A DNA stretch of 64,000 nucleotides from Gemmatimonadota bacterium (GCA_020348925.1 CP070758.1:2433688-2497687), one strand, 5' to 3'. Counted from the first letter of the stretch, positions 1 through 11,166 are shown. Numbers and translations: made by a program. The notes: generated by a model not told the origin, from the letters alone.

Positions 1-717
1 TCAAAGGGGATGGATCCTGAGAAGGATACCTATTCGGATTTTGAGTCGTTCGATTCCAACGGAGTCGCTTTTTCAGATATACTGAGAATTCTTGGAATAG
101 ATGAATTGTTCGTAGGTGGACTTGCCACGGACTCCTGTGTCAAGCATACGGTTCTCGATGCGCTGAAATTTGGATTTCAGGTGAAATTATTGATGGATGG
201 TATCAGAGGCGTCAATGTAAAATCCAAAGATTCAGAAGCTGCGATACGGGAGATGATGAAGCATGGCGCCAAGAAGATGACTCTGGGGAGGCTGCCGGCT
301 TCCGTGCCGGAGCGGAAGCGTGCAACCTGCGATCACATCGGTATTTTCACTATGAACGTCAAAAAATTATCCGATTTTTATGTGAGGACCCTGGGGTTCA
401 AAAGTGAAAAGGAAGAGGTGTTCACCACGTCCCTTATGAGAAAGGCTCTGGGAGTGCATTCGGATTGTATGATGATTCGACTTGTATCGGGCGATGTCAG
501 ACTTGAGTTATTCCAACCAACTTCGGTTCGGCTCGCAAGGAGGCTCAATATTTCGGCAGGCTACAATCATTGGGGATATCACGTCGGTGACAGAGGGAGA
601 TATGTTCGGAAGCTCAAAAAAAAAGGTGTTCCTATCATTGAGGTTCGACGGAACGACCGGACAGTCTATTTCGTGAAAGATCCCGATGGAAACAGGATCG
701 AAATTCGAGGATATTAA
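1..717 (+). CDS. 5'-truncated nicotinamidase/isochorismatase-family domain fused to a C-terminal VOC (glyoxalase-like) domain
   Basis: Frame is open from base 1. It has the GGLATDSCVKHTVLDA cysteine-hydrolase motif, then VOC motifs DHIGI..FY..TLGF, NHWGY and YFVKDPDGNRIE. Confidence 0.75.
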   Translation, partial: SKGMDPEKDTYSDFESFDSNGVAFSDILRILGIDELFVGGLATDSCVKHTVLDALKFGFQVKLLMDGIRGVNVKSKDSEAAIREMMKHGAKKMTLGRLPASVPERKRATCDHIGIFTMNVKKLSDFYVRTLGFKSEKEEVFTTSLMRKALGVHSDCMMIRLVSGDVRLELFQPTSVRLARRLNISAGYNHWGYHVGDRGRYVRKLKKKGVPIIEVRRNDRTVYFVKDPDGNRIEIRGY

Positions 718-756
718 ACCAACCGTGAAGTGGCACAGGAATTGGAGGTATACGGA

Positions 757-1956
757 ATGCCAGCAGTGGAAATCAAGCCAGGCGTCTACTGGATCGGAGT
801 TAATGACCGGACCACAGATCTTTTTGAAGGTCTGTGGCCCATCACGAAGGAGGGGGTCTCATACAACAGCTATTTTGTGGACGATGAGAAGAAAGTTCTT
901 ATCGATTTGACCAAATCCTTCAAAGTTGATGAGTTTCTCAATCAGATCAGCCAGATTACGGATATTGCACGGATCGATTATATCGTGATCAACCATATGG
1001 AGCCGGATCACTCCGGCGTGTTGAGCACGATGAGGAAGATCGCACCGAATGTGACTCTTGTAGGGTGCAAGAAGACAAAAGACATGTTGGCATCATTTCT
1101 CGGTATTACAGAAAATATCAGAGTTATCCAAGACGGAGAAACCCTCCCTCTTGGAAAAAGGGAGCTGCAATTCTTCGTCACTCCCTTCGTCCACTGGCCT
1201 GAGACCATTATGACCTATGAGCTGTCGGATAAGATACTCTTCTCCTGCGATGCCTTCGGTGGATACGGCGCACTTCGGGGGGCGATATTTGACGACGAGT
1301 GCACGGATTTCGATTTCTATGAGAGAGAGTCGCTCCGGTATTATGTCAATATCGTGGCCAAATACAGCGCTCCTGTGCTCAAGGCTACTGACAGACTGAC
1401 CGATGTTCCCGTTGATATTATCGCGCCCTCCCACGGTCTGATCTGGCGAAAAAATCCTCAGATCATTGTCCAATTGTACAAAACGTGGGCGGGGTATGCA
1501 GGTGGAAAGACCGAACCCGGTGTGACACTCGTATACGGTTCGATGTACGGCAATACCGAGGCGATGATGAACGCCGTGGCGCAAGGTATCTCAAGCGTTG
1601 GCGTTCCCGTGGATATCTTTGATGCGGCGCGGACCCATTCCAGTTATATTTTACCGTCGTTATGGACGAAGAGAGGGGTGATGATCGGCGCCCCCACGTA
1701 CGAGACGAAGTTGTTCCCGCCGGTGGCCCAGATTCTTGAGATGGCGGTTCAAAAGCGCGTCTTGAATAAGAAAGTGGCTGTTTTTGGAAGTTACGGATGG
1801 AGTAAAGGAGCCGAAAAACATCTGGAGGAGATCATCGCACCGCTGGAATGGGAGATGGTCGATCTGTTCCAGTTCAACGGGCGTCCGACCCAGGAGGATC
1901 TGAAAAAAGGTGAGACATTTGGGGTGAACTTTGCTACTCTCGTAAAGACTGAGTAG
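757..1956 (+). CDS. fprA: Flavodiiron protein (FprA/A-type flavoprotein; O2/NO reductase)
   Basis: NHMEPDHSG, HWPET, SCDAFG and PSHG metallo-beta-lactamase diiron motifs, plus flavodoxin YGSMYGNT and FGSYGW. GGAGG lies before ATG 757. Confidence 0.93.
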   Translation: MPAVEIKPGVYWIGVNDRTTDLFEGLWPITKEGVSYNSYFVDDEKKVLIDLTKSFKVDEFLNQISQITDIARIDYIVINHMEPDHSGVLSTMRKIAPNVTLVGCKKTKDMLASFLGITENIRVIQDGETLPLGKRELQFFVTPFVHWPETIMTYELSDKILFSCDAFGGYGALRGAIFDDECTDFDFYERESLRYYVNIVAKYSAPVLKATDRLTDVPVDIIAPSHGLIWRKNPQIIVQLYKTWAGYAGGKTEPGVTLVYGSMYGNTEAMMNAVAQGISSVGVPVDIFDAARTHSSYILPSLWTKRGVMIGAPTYETKLFPPVAQILEMAVQKRVLNKKVAVFGSYGWSKGAEKHLEEIIAPLEWEMVDLFQFNGRPTQEDLKKGETFGVNFATLVKTE

Positions 1957-2007
1957 TGATCGTGAATTGCACTGAATAGGCGATTTGGAGAGGAGGTGAG
2001 AGAATAA

Positions 2008-2172
2008 ATGGAAAAATGGCAATGTATCGTGTGTGGTTACGTGTATGATCCTGAGAAGGGTGATCCGGACAACGGAGTCAATCCCGGAACGTCTTTTGCG
2101 GATGTACCCGACGATTGGATCTGCCCGGAATGTGGAGCGCCGAAGGATCAGTTTGAAAAAATGAGCGAATAA
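2008..2172 (+). CDS. Rubredoxin, 54 aa (absent from the ORF track)
   Basis: Hand translation [54 protein letters not shown] has two CxxCG motifs; AGGAGGT RBS upstream. Confidence 0.97.
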   Translation: MEKWQCIVCGYVYDPEKGDPDNGVNPGTSFADVPDDWICPECGAPKDQFEKMSE

Positions 2173-2183
2173 GGAGGACCTGG

Positions 2184-2681
2184 ATGGACAAGGACATCGA
2201 CATGTTGGGCGCCATTGAGCTGGCTATGGAGGCTGAAGACAAAGCGCATACGTTTTACAAAGAGGGTGCGGAGAAAACCGAACATCCGCGGGGGAAAGAC
2301 CTCTTTCTCCAACTGGCCGATTTTGAGAAGAATCATTACGACCATTTGAAGAGGCTGCATGAGTCCTTGAGCGGTTCGGGTCAGTACATCGATTATGGCG
2401 GTACGTCGTTTTCGAAATCCGAGGTCGAGGCCACATCCGAGGTGGCGGGCGAACCGAAGAAGACCGAGGTTCTTGAGATATTGAACATGGCCATCGGGGC
2501 CGAGCGCGAAGCTCAAAAGCGGTATGCGGATCTGGCCGGGCAGACGAGCGATCCGTCCGGCCGGAACATGTTTCAAACATTATCGGAAGAAGAGGGCGTC
2601 CACCTGCGGATTTTAAACGACGAATATTATAACATCGCAAATCAGGGGTCGTGGAGTTCCAAGTCCCTGTGGAGTGAGTAG
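2184..2681 (+). CDS. Ferritin-like/rubrerythrin-family diiron protein without a rubredoxin domain
   Basis: Duplicated AI..E..A..FY ... LA..E..H helical pattern (EKNH, EEGVH); AGGAGG RBS. Confidence 0.85.
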   Translation: MDKDIDMLGAIELAMEAEDKAHTFYKEGAEKTEHPRGKDLFLQLADFEKNHYDHLKRLHESLSGSGQYIDYGGTSFSKSEVEATSEVAGEPKKTEVLEILNMAIGAEREAQKRYADLAGQTSDPSGRNMFQTLSEEEGVHLRILNDEYYNIANQGSWSSKSLWSE

Positions 2682-2836
2682 TCGGATTTTTGAAGGGGAG
2701 TGCACTTTCCCTTGCGTGTTTCACATCGCATGTGAGAGGAAGGAGCTGAAAGGCATGATCTTGGGAGCCTGTTTTGATACGGGCTCCCAGAGTATCATTC
2801 GTTCTTGCCCAATCCGTCACGTCTCATGTTCTTCTC

Positions 2837-3997
2837 ATGAATTATCTGACAGCATTAGCCGTTTTTCTTATTGTTGGTTATGCCCTCGGGCGTGGGGCCG
2901 GTAAAATCCATCTGCCGGAGGTGGTTGGGTTAATTCTCTGCGGTGTGCTCGTGGGACCATCAGCCCTGGGGCTCTTTTCGAAATCCTTTCTTGAGAATTT
3001 CAAAGTCATTGAAATCGTGGCCCTCTCATTTATCGCCTACCAAATTGGCGGCGAGTTGGATCTTCGTCAAGTGCATCGCGAGGGGAAGGCCCTCGGCTTC
3101 GTTGTTTTTTTCCAGGCCTTTGCGGCTTATGCGTGCGTAGCGGGTCTGGTGTGGCTTTGGAGTAAGGATATTGTTTTTTCCACACTCTTGGCTGCAACGG
3201 CGGTAGCAACAGCACCGGCCTCGGTAAAAGCGGTCTTGGATGAGAGTCGAGCTCAGGGACCGTTTACAAAATTTCTCTATCATGTCGTGGCCATAGATGA
3301 TTTTTTTGCCGTTCTTTTTTTTGCACTCACTCTGAGCATATTAGGATTGGAAGGACACATCGTTCTCCATTCAGTGTACGAAATTGTTGGAGCGCTCTGC
3401 ATCGGGACCGTCTTGGGATTTGGAATTTATTTGCTTCAAAGACATCATGCCCAGGTTGAGACACTCCTCATCTATGAAGTCGGCGGATTATTACTCGGAG
3501 TTGGCGTATCCCTTACATACGGTTTTTCCTATCTCATTGCGGGAATGATGTTCGGGTTTACTCTGGTCAATCTGTCTCGACAGGGTCGCAACCTGTTCGC
3601 ACTCTCCCGGAGTCTTGAGAGAGTGATCTACGTTATATTCTTCGTTCTCATAGGAACACAATTTGAACTGAATGCCATATTGAAAATGGGTTGGATAGGA
3701 TTTTTATATGTTATCGGAAGGGCTGTGGGGAAATTTGTGGGGGTCAAGATTGGAGGGACCATCGGACGTGCCCCGGGGGTCATACGAAGCTATTTGGGAG
3801 CCGGATTGCTGCCGCAGGAGGGAGTCACAATTGGTCTTGTCTACGTTATAGGAGGACGCTACCCTCAATTGAGCCAAGCGGTGACTGCCGTTGTATTATC
3901 GGCAATAATTATTAATGAAATTATCGGTCCACTCGGTGTACGATGGGCCGTCACAAAAGCAGGTGAAGCAAGATTTCAGGAAGATGAAAAGGAATAG
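2837..3997 (+). CDS. Cation:proton antiporter (CPA/Na+-H+ exchanger family)
   Basis: Many hydrophobic segments; TAPA..., [21 protein letters not shown] and EIIGP motifs. Start codon uncertain. Confidence 0.85.
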   Translation: MNYLTALAVFLIVGYALGRGAGKIHLPEVVGLILCGVLVGPSALGLFSKSFLENFKVIEIVALSFIAYQIGGELDLRQVHREGKALGFVVFFQAFAAYACVAGLVWLWSKDIVFSTLLAATAVATAPASVKAVLDESRAQGPFTKFLYHVVAIDDFFAVLFFALTLSILGLEGHIVLHSVYEIVGALCIGTVLGFGIYLLQRHHAQVETLLIYEVGGLLLGVGVSLTYGFSYLIAGMMFGFTLVNLSRQGRNLFALSRSLERVIYVIFFVLIGTQFELNAILKMGWIGFLYVIGRAVGKFVGVKIGGTIGRAPGVIRSYLGAGLLPQEGVTIGLVYVIGGRYPQLSQAVTAVVLSAIIINEIIGPLGVRWAVTKAGEARFQEDEKE

Positions 3998-4041
3998 ATG
4001 TTTCTCTGTTTTCTGTCGGCGTATTCATTGGAGGAGCGACA

Positions 4042-6159
4042 ATGTCCCGGGGATCTGCGGTCGGTAGCTCACAAGCCACTCCAAACAGATTGATATCGGA
4101 AAAAAGTCCCTATCTGCTCCAACATGCCCATAATCCAGTTGACTGGTACCCCTGGGGCAAGGAGGCTTTTGACATAGCGGTGAAGGAAGACAAACCGATC
4201 TTTCTGTCCATCGGATATTCTACCTGCCACTGGTGTCATGTCATGGCGCACGAGTCCTTTGAAGATCCTGAAGTGGCCCAAGCGATGAACAACACTTTTG
4301 TATCCATCAAGGTGGATAAAGAGGAACGACCTGACATTGATAGCATCTATATGACCGTCTGCCAGATGATGACGGGCAGCGGCGGCTGGCCCTTGACCGT
4401 TGTGATGACTCCGGAAAAGATGCCCTTCTTCGCGGCGACGTATATTCCCAGGGAATCGAGATTCGGGCGAGTCGGCATGAAGGAGCTGATCCCTCAGATT
4501 CGGGAAAAATGGAAATCCCAAAGAGAAGAGATCCTCAATTCGGCCGAGAACGTCGCCGGACAACTCAGACGTGTTACCAGTGTATCCCCCGGTGCAGAAT
4601 TGGGCAGGGATGTTTTGACCGCTGCCTTCCGAACGCTTTCGAGGCGTTTCGATGAGCACTACGGAGGGTTTGGTAAGGCGCCCAAATTTCCAACGCCCCA
4701 CAATCTCACGTTTCTCCTGCGCTACTGGAAAAGCACCGGAGATGAAAAGGCCCTGCGCATGGCAGAGAAAACCCTTCAATTCATGCGTCGAGGCGGCGTG
4801 TACGACCATATCGGATTTGGCTTCCACAGATATTCCACTGATGAGCGGTGGCTCGTTCCTCATTTTGAGAAAATGCTTTACGATCAAGCTTTATTGACAA
4901 TGGCATATGTGGAGGCGTATCAAGCCACAGGTAAGGAAGAGTACAAAAGGACTGGGGAGGAAGTCCTGTCCTACGTCTTACGGGATATGACTTCCCCAGA
5001 GGGCGGATTTTACTCTGCCGAGGATGCGGACAGCGAAGGTGAAGAAGGAAAGTTTTACCTGTGGGAGGAGGGTGAAATCAGAGGGGTGCTGCCGCCGGAG
5101 GAAGCCGAAGTGATCATACGTGCCCTCAATGTTGAAGAGAAGGGCAATTTCAGGGGTGAATCGACCGGAGAGAAAACCAATGAGAATATTCTTCATCTCA
5201 GGATGTCTTTGGCCGAGTCTGTTCCAGAGTTGGGGCTTGAACAGGGGGAACTGCTGCACCGTTTGGAGTCGGCCAGAAGAGCGCTGTTCGATGTGAGGCA
5301 GAGACGTCCCCGTCCCTTTAGGGACGAGAAGATTCTGACGGATTGGAACGGCTTAATGATAGCGGCATTGGCCAAAGCAGCGCGCGTTTTTGATAATGCT
5401 GATTATACGAATGCAGCCGGTACGGCAACGGCGTTTGTTCTTTCGAGAATGCGAGATAAAGAAGGACGACTCTATCATCGATTTGGAGATGGTGAAGTGG
5501 CTCTTGGGGGATTCCTGGATGACTATGCTTTTTTTACGTGGGGTCTTATAGAGATGTACGAAACCACCTTTGAAGTCGACTATCTGAAAGCGGCACTCGA
5601 AATGACGGAGAGAATGATACACCATTTTTGGGATAAGTCTGAGGGTGGATTCTACTTTACTGCGGACGATGCCGAGACCACGCTTATCAGAAGGAAGGAG
5701 ATATATGACGGTGCGATCCCTTCGGGAAATTCCGTGGCCATGTTGAACCTGCTCCGCTTAGGTCGAATGACGGCTCGTCCTGAATTTGCGGAGAACGCTG
5801 CGCACATTGGGCGAGCCTTTTCCAAAGATATTGAGAGGACTCCGGTGGCATATACCCAGCTCATGAGCGCCTTGGATTTCCAATCTGGGGAATCCTATGA
5901 AGTCGTTCTTGTCGGAGATGTGTTGTCCGCCGATACAAAAGTGATGCTCGATGCGCTTCGAAAACGATTCCTCCCGAAGACAGTGGTGCTTTTTTCTCCT
6001 GCACATGGGGAATCATCCGAAATCTCAAAGCTCGCCGACTATACGCAATCCATGTCGAGTATCAATGGAAAAACAACCGCCTATGTTTGCCAGAACTATA
6101 GCTGTAAACAACCGACGACAGATGTAAGAAAAGTGCTTCAAATATTGAAAGAGAAATGA
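4042..6159 (+). CDS. Thioredoxin-domain protein of the YyaL/SSP411 (DUF255) family
   Basis: [40 protein letters not shown] and DGAIPSGNS motifs. Confidence 0.95.
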   Translation: MSRGSAVGSSQATPNRLISEKSPYLLQHAHNPVDWYPWGKEAFDIAVKEDKPIFLSIGYSTCHWCHVMAHESFEDPEVAQAMNNTFVSIKVDKEERPDIDSIYMTVCQMMTGSGGWPLTVVMTPEKMPFFAATYIPRESRFGRVGMKELIPQIREKWKSQREEILNSAENVAGQLRRVTSVSPGAELGRDVLTAAFRTLSRRFDEHYGGFGKAPKFPTPHNLTFLLRYWKSTGDEKALRMAEKTLQFMRRGGVYDHIGFGFHRYSTDERWLVPHFEKMLYDQALLTMAYVEAYQATGKEEYKRTGEEVLSYVLRDMTSPEGGFYSAEDADSEGEEGKFYLWEEGEIRGVLPPEEAEVIIRALNVEEKGNFRGESTGEKTNENILHLRMSLAESVPELGLEQGELLHRLESARRALFDVRQRRPRPFRDEKILTDWNGLMIAALAKAARVFDNADYTNAAGTATAFVLSRMRDKEGRLYHRFGDGEVALGGFLDDYAFFTWGLIEMYETTFEVDYLKAALEMTERMIHHFWDKSEGGFYFTADDAETTLIRRKEIYDGAIPSGNSVAMLNLLRLGRMTARPEFAENAAHIGRAFSKDIERTPVAYTQLMSALDFQSGESYEVVLVGDVLSADTKVMLDALRKRFLPKTVVLFSPAHGESSEISKLADYTQSMSSINGKTTAYVCQNYSCKQPTTDVRKVLQILKEK

Positions 6160-6246
6160 AGTATGCAGTTTACGAATACAGAAATCTGAACACGATCTGA
6201 AAGAGCAGAAGGATTGAAAACAGTGATAGCTATCAGGGAGGCGAAA

Positions 6247-7356
6247 ATGAATAAAATATTCTTCCTTAAAAAGAGAACTTTTTACGTCCTCATGATGTGT
6301 CTGACATCGTGCATAGTACTCCGCATCATGCTCCATGCTCAGGAATCTGTCCCGAAACTTATCGATGCGAAATGGTTGAAGGAAAACCTTTCGAGAGAGA
6401 ACATGCGGATCGTTGATGTAAGAGACGATGTCAAAGAGTACTGGAAGGGTCATATCCCCGGTGCTGTCTATCTCGATCCTGAAGCGATGAAGTGGCCTCA
6501 GGGAGGGGTACCGGTGAAATTGATCCGGCCTGCGGCTTTTGTGGAATTACTGGGAGAAATGGGTATTGATCGAAACACGTTCGTCATTGCCTATTCTGAG
6601 AGAGGGGACTTCAGCGCTCCATATTTGGTGTGGGCTCTCGATTATATCGGTCATGAAAAGAGCGCGGTGTTGGACGGTGGTTTTTTGAAATGGGAGAAGG
6701 AGAAAGGTGCTGTAACTCAGGACTATCCTCAAATAGGGAGCGAACGGTATCCCCCTCCTTCAGGCTTGAATGAAAATGTCCGGGCGACGTTGAAGCAAGT
6801 GGAGCAATCCATAGGGCAGGAAGACGTGCTTGTGCTCGATGTCAGGACCGAAGCGCTCTATACAGGGGAAGCGGGTGTCTGGAAACGGAGGGGACATATT
6901 CAGGGTGCTGTCCATCACTTCTGGGGTGATGACATGAATGAGGACGGCACATGGAAAGAGGCTAAAGAAATACGGAGGATATACGAGACGTTAGGCGCTA
7001 CCCCTGATAAGACGATTATTGTCTCCTGCGGTCAGGGGAGTATGTCCTCTCATACGTATTTTACCCTCAAGCATGTTCTTGGTTATCCCAAGGTGAAACA
7101 CTACGACGGGAGCTTTCATGAGTGGTCGAACCTTGAGGAACTTCCGGTCCAATCCGGTCGGAGTGCAGGACCGGATCCGGAAAAGCTCCTTCAGAACAGG
7201 TGCACGGCCTGTCACAATCTGGACCGGGTCCACAAGCAGAAGGAAGACGCGGCCGGCTGGGAGAAGATCATCGACCGGATGATTAAGAGAGGCACAAAGC
7301 TTAATGAGACTGAACGGATGATGCTGGTGGATTTTCTCTCGAAAAAAGGGAAGTAA
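6247..7356 (+). CDS. Exported tandem-rhodanese sulfurtransferase with a C-terminal monoheme cytochrome c domain
   Basis: Signal-peptide-like N-terminus; GHIPGA, LDGG, GHIQGA, active-site SCGQGS and YDGSFHEW motifs; then CTACH heme motif and W..IIDRM. Confidence 0.85.
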   Translation: MNKIFFLKKRTFYVLMMCLTSCIVLRIMLHAQESVPKLIDAKWLKENLSRENMRIVDVRDDVKEYWKGHIPGAVYLDPEAMKWPQGGVPVKLIRPAAFVELLGEMGIDRNTFVIAYSERGDFSAPYLVWALDYIGHEKSAVLDGGFLKWEKEKGAVTQDYPQIGSERYPPPSGLNENVRATLKQVEQSIGQEDVLVLDVRTEALYTGEAGVWKRRGHIQGAVHHFWGDDMNEDGTWKEAKEIRRIYETLGATPDKTIIVSCGQGSMSSHTYFTLKHVLGYPKVKHYDGSFHEWSNLEELPVQSGRSAGPDPEKLLQNRCTACHNLDRVHKQKEDAAGWEKIIDRMIKRGTKLNETERMMLVDFLSKKGK

Positions 7357-7381
7357 GAGACCATATGAAAGGAGGAACGCT

Positions 7382-7546
7382 GTGAGTAAATGGGAGTGTT
7401 TGGCATGCGGATACATCTACGATCCGGCAAAAGGTGATCCTGAAAACGACATTGGGCCGAACGTGCCTTTCGAGGATCTACCGGACGATTGGGTCTGCCC
7501 TGCCTGCGGAGCGGGGAAGGATATGTTTGAAAAACTGGAGGGCTGA
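7382..7546 (+). CDS. Second rubredoxin, 54 aa, GTG start (absent from the ORF track)
   Basis: Translation (M)[62 protein letters not shown]. Confidence 0.96.
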   Translation: MSKWECLACGYIYDPAKGDPENDIGPNVPFEDLPDDWVCPACGAGKDMFEKLEG

Positions 7547-7550
7547 GCGT

Positions 7551-9296
7551 ATGGTTACCAATGACATGTCGTTCCTCATCGGAGGAGATGCCGGGCAGGG
7601 GGTGGAATCGAGCGGGGCAGGATTCGCCAAGGCGCTGGCCAGGGGTGGGCTGCACATCTTCGCCATGCAGGACTATCACTCGCGGATCCGAGGCGGACAC
7701 AATTTTTTTCAGATTCGGGTGAACAAACGAAGCGTCCATTCTCACACCGAAGCCGTTCACCTGGTGTTGGCTCTGACTGAGGACACAATATCGAAGCACA
7801 CAGAATCCCTCGTTCCGGGCGGTGGGATCATTTACGATGCCGAAGTTGAAGTGACCGAGAAGGAGCTTGATGAAAAGGATATTAGGCTCTTTCCGGTTCC
7901 GTTGTCGAAGATGGCACAAGAGCATGGGGGAGCAGAGGTGATGAGAAATACGGCAGCCCTTGGTGCGGCTGCAGGTGTCGTTGAGTACGAAATTGATCGG
8001 ATTGAAAGTGTCATCAGGGATAACTTTCGGAAAAAAGGCGAAGCCGTCATTGAGAACAACCTCAAAGTGGCGGGGGCCGCCTATCGCTTTGCTCGCGAGC
8101 ACTACGCCGCCGAATTCGAATTCAAGCTCAAAACCGTGGATGCTCCTGCAAGAATGGTCATCAATGGCAACCACGCTTTCGCCCTGGGGGCTGCGGTCTC
8201 GGGCTGCAAGTTCGTGGCAGGGTATCCCATGACCCCGGGAACATCCGTTCTCATTTGGATGGCCACCCATGGGAAGCGCTTGGGCATTGTTACGAAACAC
8301 ACGGAGGATGAGATCGCCGCCATCTGTATGGCCATCGGCGCCGGTCATGCCGGGGTGAGGGCCATGGTGCCGACCTCAGGCGGCGGCTTCGCCCTTATGG
8401 CCGAGGCATTGGGTCTGGCCGGGATGACGGAGACACCGGTCGTCATCTTTGAGGCCCAGCGGCCAGGACCCTCGACCGGTTTTGCCACCAGAACCGAGCA
8501 GGGAGACTTACTCTTCATGCTTCATGCCTCCCAGGGTGAGTTTCCCCGTATTGTTCTCAGTCCCTGTACTGTGGAGCAATGTTACCAGGCAGGGGTACGG
8601 GCCTTCAACTTTGCGGAGAAGTACCAGTGTCCGGTCATCGTCCTTTCCGATAATTATCTGGCCAATTCCCTGAGGACCCTTGACCATGACCAATTTGACT
8701 TCAATCAGGTTGCCATCGATCGCGGTGCTTTTCTTACGGATGAGGATATGGAAAACCTTTCGGATGCGTATAAACGCTATGCGTTCACGGAATCGGGGAT
8801 TTCACCGCGAGCTATAGCCGGTCACCCGAAAGCTGTGTACTCCACGACGAGCGATGAGCATGACGAGTACGGCCACATCACCGAGGATGCCGGCAACAGG
8901 GTGAAAATGATGGACAAGCGCATGAGAAAGCTCGAAGAGGCGGCTCGGGATATGCAACCGCCGGAGTTGTACGGTCCTCACAGGGCGGATGTGACCTTCA
9001 TCTGCTGGGGATCGACGTACGGTCCTCTGCGCGAGGCTGTTGATATCCTCAATGAAGACGGAGACAGGGCCAATCTTCTCACAATTATGGATATGTGGCC
9101 GTTTCCCAAGGACAGCGTCGGTCAAAGGATCGATGCATCGAAACGCGTCATTATCGTTGAGGGGAATTACGCTGGGCAGTTGGCCGAGCTGATCCGAATG
9201 TGCACCGGTCGAGAAATAGAGGAACGGATCCTGAGATTTGACGGTCGTCCCTTCTCGCCGGAATATATTCTTCAGCGGTTGAAGGAAGGAGAATGA
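7551..9296 (+). CDS. korA: 2-oxoacid:ferredoxin oxidoreductase alpha subunit (gamma-alpha fused)
   Basis: GGDAGQGV, SRIRGGHN, GYPMTP, EDEIAA, TSGGGF and QRPGPSTG..T motifs. The true start is likely ATG 7551, after the rubredoxin. Substrate specificity cannot be determined. Confidence 0.92.
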   Translation: MVTNDMSFLIGGDAGQGVESSGAGFAKALARGGLHIFAMQDYHSRIRGGHNFFQIRVNKRSVHSHTEAVHLVLALTEDTISKHTESLVPGGGIIYDAEVEVTEKELDEKDIRLFPVPLSKMAQEHGGAEVMRNTAALGAAAGVVEYEIDRIESVIRDNFRKKGEAVIENNLKVAGAAYRFAREHYAAEFEFKLKTVDAPARMVINGNHAFALGAAVSGCKFVAGYPMTPGTSVLIWMATHGKRLGIVTKHTEDEIAAICMAIGAGHAGVRAMVPTSGGGFALMAEALGLAGMTETPVVIFEAQRPGPSTGFATRTEQGDLLFMLHASQGEFPRIVLSPCTVEQCYQAGVRAFNFAEKYQCPVIVLSDNYLANSLRTLDHDQFDFNQVAIDRGAFLTDEDMENLSDAYKRYAFTESGISPRAIAGHPKAVYSTTSDEHDEYGHITEDAGNRVKMMDKRMRKLEEAARDMQPPELYGPHRADVTFICWGSTYGPLREAVDILNEDGDRANLLTIMDMWPFPKDSVGQRIDASKRVIIVEGNYAGQLAELIRMCTGREIEERILRFDGRPFSPEYILQRLKEGE

Positions 9297-9300
9297 GCCT

Positions 9301-10170
9301 ATGTCTGAGATGAAAGATTTTCTTAGCCCGGTGAGACCGACGTGGTGTCCTGGTTGCGGGAATCATGGTATTTGGAACGCCCTGAAAATGGCTCTGGCCG
9401 ATCTCGATCTGTCACCGCATGAGGTCCTGCTTGTGTCCGGTATCGGCTGTGGAAGCAAACTCCCCGATTACACCCGAGCCAATGGATATCAAAGTCTTCA
9501 CGGGCGAACTGTGCCCGTGGCAACCGGTGCCAAATTGGCCAATCATGCCCTCACAGTGATAGCCGTTCACGGCGACGGGGACGGTTACGGCATGGGCATG
9601 GGGCACTTTGTGCACGCGGCCCGGCGAAACATCGATCTCGTGGATATTCACCAGGATAATCAGATCTACGGACTCACCAAGGGACAATACTCGCCGACGA
9701 GTGACCACGGTTTTCTCAGTAAAACGTCGCCCGAAGGGGCCATTGAAACCGCAGTCCGGCCTTTGGCCACGGCATTGGCGGCAGGGGCGACCTTTGTCTC
9801 ACGCGGTTTCGCCCTGGATCCGAAGCACCTCTCCCGGGTTATTCAAAAAGCGATCCAACATAAGGGCTATGCCTTGGTCGACATCCTGCAGCCGTGCGTG
9901 ACCTTTAACAAGGTGAACACCTACGACTGGTACAAGGAGCGGGTGTACAAGGTGGAAGATGAGGATGATTACGATCCCACGAATCGCGAACGTGCCTTTC
10001 GGATAGCTTGCGAGTGGGGCGATCGCATTCCCACCGGTGTGGTCTATCAGGTTGAGGGTGTTCCCTCGTACGAAGATCAGATCCCGGCCCTTGAGGCAGG
10101 GCCCCTGGTCAAACAGCCGCTGCAGCGGAGTATGGAGGAGTACGAGGCGTTAAAGGAGGAGTTTGTATAG
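9301..10170 (+). CDS. korB: 2-oxoacid:ferredoxin oxidoreductase beta subunit
   Basis: WCPGCG, SGIGC, HGR, GDGD TPP motif, YGLTKGQ.SPT and QPCVTFN. Confidence 0.94.
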   Translation: MSEMKDFLSPVRPTWCPGCGNHGIWNALKMALADLDLSPHEVLLVSGIGCGSKLPDYTRANGYQSLHGRTVPVATGAKLANHALTVIAVHGDGDGYGMGMGHFVHAARRNIDLVDIHQDNQIYGLTKGQYSPTSDHGFLSKTSPEGAIETAVRPLATALAAGATFVSRGFALDPKHLSRVIQKAIQHKGYALVDILQPCVTFNKVNTYDWYKERVYKVEDEDDYDPTNRERAFRIACEWGDRIPTGVVYQVEGVPSYEDQIPALEAGPLVKQPLQRSMEEYEALKEEFV

Positions 10171-10209
10171 GATCCTTGAGATTTCATCACCTGGGTGCGA
10201 CAGAAATTC

Positions 10210-10359
10210 GTGTCTCGGTGCCATTCTGGCAAAATTTTATGAAGTGTTCGGGCCCTATTTCGCCAATAGGAGGAGGAGTCATCTCTTTGATGTAGAGTTT
10301 TTACAGAAGAACCCCATGAAGAGTGCAGAGAAAAATTGAGTTTTAAAGGTTTGACCTCA
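10210..10359. repeat. Degenerate copy 1 of a ~150-bp MITE/REPIN-like element
   Basis: Shares aggagtcatctctttga..tttttacagaaga..ccatgaagagtgc..gaaaaatt..ttgacctcatagac with copies 2 and 3; the left end is eroded and its boundary approximate. Confidence 0.7.
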
Positions 10360-10392
10360 TAGACGTATACGAAGTGAAACCACGAGGACACT

Positions 10393-11055
10393 ATGAAAGT
10401 GGCCATCATCGGAGCATCCGGCCAAACAGGGCTGAAACTGGTTCGTGAATCGCTGAGGCGCGGGCACCAGGTGGTGGCGGTGTGCCGCACCTCGTCTGCA
10501 GACAGACTGAAGGAATTTTCCGACAACGGCGGATGCACGGTGATCACTGCCCCAGTGGTGTCCGACCTGGCCACCCTTACCCAGGCGCTTGCCGGCTGCG
10601 ATGCTGGGGTAGCCGTTTTGATTTCGGTGCGACGCCTGAGGGCGACTGAACTGGTGAGATCCCTGGCCAAGGCAGCGGCCGCCAATGGGGTGAAGCGGCT
10701 GGTGTTTACCGCCGGTGAGGTGACTGCCGCGCCTGAAAAGGACGAAACTTTTACCCTGCGGCAACGGATCATGCTTCTGGTATTCACACTCATGACGTGG
10801 TTTACGCCCTACTCCATGACAGATATGATCGAGGCATCGGTGCTGGTCAGACAACAGCCTGACTGGGATTGGACGATCGTGCGCGCGCCCACCTTGCGTG
10901 AGGAGCCTGGGGTGGGGTACAGGTTATGTGAGATCAATGAGGTCACGGCAAAACACGTTCTGTCCCGAGAGGACTACGCGACCTGCCTGCTCGATTCCTT
11001 GGAGAATCCCGAGCACTACCGCCGCGCCCTGACGGTGGTGTCGGCCGGGGGCTGA
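10393..11055 (+). CDS. NAD(P)H-binding Rossmann protein (flavin reductase/BVR-B-like); probable gene cassette
   Basis: IIGASGQTG, DWTIVRAP and SREDYA motifs; followed by an attC-like site. Confidence 0.85.
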   Translation: MKVAIIGASGQTGLKLVRESLRRGHQVVAVCRTSSADRLKEFSDNGGCTVITAPVVSDLATLTQALAGCDAGVAVLISVRRLRATELVRSLAKAAAANGVKRLVFTAGEVTAAPEKDETFTLRQRIMLLVFTLMTWFTPYSMTDMIEASVLVRQQPDWDWTIVRAPTLREEPGVGYRLCEINEVTAKHVLSREDYATCLLDSLENPEHYRRALTVVSAGG

Positions 11056-11108
11056 GGATCGTGTGGTGAAGACCAGAGTCAGCCATCAAGATGCAAGTGA
11101 AGGGGAAC

Positions 11109-11166
11109 GCCCGACCAGTGGCTGCAGGGACGCGTTGAACGCGCGCCCCTGAGCCCGATGTTCGGT
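11109..11166 (+). mobile_element. attC-like integron recombination site (58 bp)
   Basis: GCCCGAC-5nt-GCTGCAGG ... CCTGAGC-5nt-GTTCGGT. The L boxes pair perfectly apart from the expected extra base; R'' has GAC instead of AAC. Confidence 0.8.

Noticed and set aside
7434-7550. N-terminal extension of korA given in the ORF track
   Set aside because: It overlaps the second rubredoxin gene in another frame; ATG 7551 gives a normal N-terminus.
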